From contig JAZDOE010000023.1 in NCBI GenBank assembly GCA_043798985.1, forward strand, positions 3,626 through 67,625: a DNA stretch of 64,000 bases, in the 5' to 3' direction. This DNA is from Candidatus Falkowbacteria bacterium. Lineage in GTDB: Bacteria; Patescibacteriota; Patescibacteriia; UBA11705; JACRDX01. The position numbers were made by a program, and so were the translations under genes. This document shows, in pieces, positions 62,138-64,000 of the stretch. Each line of letters begins with the position of its first letter. Within the stretch, counting starts at the first letter, position 1. The notes under the pieces were generated by a model. It was not told the DNA's origin. It did no database searches and was given only the letters and a program-made list of their open reading frames with translations.

Positions 62138-62482
62138 CTATTTTAACTGCCCTTTCATCATGAACAAATCCTTATTCGCTGATGGTTTAACGACCGCTTT
62201 CTTTTTATCCATATCAGAATAAAACGACGCGCGATTGCTCAAAATCCATTTCATTTTTTGCGTGTGAAAATCCGTCATGATTGTTTTTGCCGCGTCATAT
62301 CCAACAAAATTCTGTAAAATCTGTTTTGCTTTCAATTCATTTATCCTTTGTCCAGAAGCTATACCAGCGCTACGGACAGTTTGTCTCAATTTATCAGCAC
62401 TAAAATTTTGACCCAAAGCATGATTCGCAATTTTTTGTAATTGCGCGTAAGTCATTGTGTATTGAACATCATCTTTCAACAT
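62138..62482 (-). CDS. Hypothetical protein
   Basis: 114-aa ORF filling the gap between the S11 peptidase and alaS. Confidence 0.6.
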   Translation of the reverse strand: MLKDDVQYTMTYAQLQKIANHALGQNFSADKLRQTVRSAGIASGQRINELKAKQILQNFVGYDAAKTIMTDFHTQKMKWILSNRASFYSDMDKKKAVVKPSANKDLFMMKGQLK

Positions 62483-62483
62483 A

Positions 62484-63716
62484 TTAGCCGGCAAATTTTT
62501 TTAATAAATAATAAACCTCTTTGTAATTCCGCTCGGGCGCGGCGCCAAGAACAACGGCCAAAACTTCGCGACCATTTAGCCGCGCCTTTGTTCCCAAACA
62601 ATAACCAGCCTCGTCAGTATGCCCTGTTTTGCCGCCAGTAATATACAAATCAGTATTTAAAAGTTTGTTGGTATTTGTCACCAAATATTTTTTGCCGGCC
62701 GCAGTTTTTACCCAATAATTTTTCAAGGTCGTTGCTTCCAACATTTTTGGACTTTTGAATGCTTGCCGCATTATTTTCGCCATGTCTTCGGCAGTTGAAA
62801 CATTCGCGCTGTTTAAGCCGGTTGGCTCAACAAACTTTGTGTTAGTCGCGCTGAATTCCAAAGCTTTTTTATTCATTGCCGCGACGAATTCGGGCGCGCT
62901 CAACCCGGTTGAGCGCGCCAATGCCATTGCCATATTATTTTTAGAACCAATCAATGTGGATAGAAAGACATCTCGCGCTGACAATTTATCTCCAACTTTA
63001 ATATTCAATTCCGAGCCGCCGACATTGTCGGCTTTTTGAACCTGAATCATTTTTTTCCAGCCCGGATTATTGTCTAAAAAAACCAACGCGGTCATAATCT
63101 TTGTCATGCTCGCGACTGCTTGCTGATCATCTTCATTCTTTGAAAATAAAATTTCACCGGTCGCGTCATCAATAACAATCGCGGCGCGCGCCGTCAAATT
63201 GATATTTCGTTGCTCCGCAACCATTACCATGCCATGCGAATAGCATGTTTGGGCGCGCGCCAAATTTTCTTTTTCCAATAACTTTGTGTCCAAGTCTTCC
63301 CACTTTCCATCCTGAAACAAATAAACCGCTCTGTCTGTCATAGTGTTATCGCTAAAATATTTTAAAGACAACAAAATTGGCGCGGACAAAATTTCTTCAC
63401 TTTGGTCCGCGCCAATCTCATATGAATACGCGCTGCTCACGCGAGTCAATCCATCTGGCAATGTCATTGAACCAACATCAATTTTTTCAATTTTTATCCG
63501 CATCGGCTGCCCGTTAAAATCATTGATATCAAATTGTTTCGGCAAAACTGGTAGCCAAAAAAAATCATCACTGCTTTTTATTGTGTATCCTTTTAGTAGC
63601 GTCTCGCTATCTAACGAAACAGCGGCAACATTTTCTGCTGCCGCGGCCTCGCCGGCATAAGCGTACAACGCGAAAAGAAAAACAATTATTGCCGCAAAAT
63701 ACAGCCATTTTTCCAT
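62484..63716 (-). CDS. D-alanyl-D-alanine peptidase, S11 family, with extra N-terminal domain
   Basis: ASMTK (SxxK), SKN, KTG, EPTGL; signal peptide. Confidence 0.9.
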   Translation of the reverse strand: MEKWLYFAAIIVFLFALYAYAGEAAAAENVAAVSLDSETLLKGYTIKSSDDFFWLPVLPKQFDINDFNGQPMRIKIEKIDVGSMTLPDGLTRVSSAYSYEIGADQSEEILSAPILLSLKYFSDNTMTDRAVYLFQDGKWEDLDTKLLEKENLARAQTCYSHGMVMVAEQRNINLTARAAIVIDDATGEILFSKNEDDQQAVASMTKIMTALVFLDNNPGWKKMIQVQKADNVGGSELNIKVGDKLSARDVFLSTLIGSKNNMAMALARSTGLSAPEFVAAMNKKALEFSATNTKFVEPTGLNSANVSTAEDMAKIMRQAFKSPKMLEATTLKNYWVKTAAGKKYLVTNTNKLLNTDLYITGGKTGHTDEAGYCLGTKARLNGREVLAVVLGAAPERNYKEVYYLLKKFAG

Positions 63717-63745
63717 ATCCAAATATTCCACCTTTTTAATTAGAC

Positions 63746-64000
63746 TTAGAGCTTAGTAATACCCTTTTCTGTCAGCTTATAACAGCCAGGCAGAGCATAA
63801 GTTGCCACGCCTTTTTCTAAATTAAAATAAATCGTGTATGTCTCCGCCAACGGAAATTTCTCAAAAGCATAATTGCAACTGCCATTCTTACAAACTGGCG
63901 CTGTATTACAAAGAGTTGTCGTCCATAACGGATCATTGATATTTTTAATTGTTGGCAAATATGTTTCCAAATTGCCACCCGTGCATTTACTGATCGCTTC
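63746..64000 (-). CDS. C-terminal fragment of a hypothetical protein (starts beyond window)
   Basis: Open frame to the right edge; Cys-containing. Confidence 0.45.
   Translation of the reverse strand, partial: EAISKCTGGNLETYLPTIKNINDPLWTTTLCNTAPVCKNGSCNYAFEKFPLAETYTIYFNLEKGVATYALPGCYKLTEKGITKL

Overview
64 kb of a low-GC (about 40% by eye) bacterial chromosome with Patescibacteria/CPR (Parcubacteria-like) hallmarks: short AlaRS and ProRS, RpoA without its C-terminal domain, motif-degenerate PriA, archaeal-type PyrH, a form II/III RuBisCO and a 2931-aa surface protein. Nearly all genes are on the minus strand and are housekeeping (fmt/def, clpB, gltX, serS, greA, mreBCD-mrdA, proS, tgt, mraZ-rsmH, rplJL, infA to rpsI, mutSL, alaS). 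The strongest signal is a REP-associated tyrosine transposase (RAYT, 59573-60112) together with several families of short palindromic and heptamer elements. These occur intergenically, nest inside each other, and sit in-frame inside at least nine proteins (GltX, Xer, PBP2, UvrD-nuclease, L7/L12, GT4, S9, MutS, AlaS twice). They also supply the stop codons of tgt, an ftsL-like gene and tsaB. Other notable items: a dif-like 11-6-11 site 1 nt from the xer start codon; two 135-bp elements with reciprocally swapped arms; a 24-bp box plus REP module that flanks RAYT and follows two GC-rich orphan genes; and a frameshifted tgt. I saw no rRNA, tRNA or CRISPR array. All calls come from reading motifs by eye; no database searches were run.
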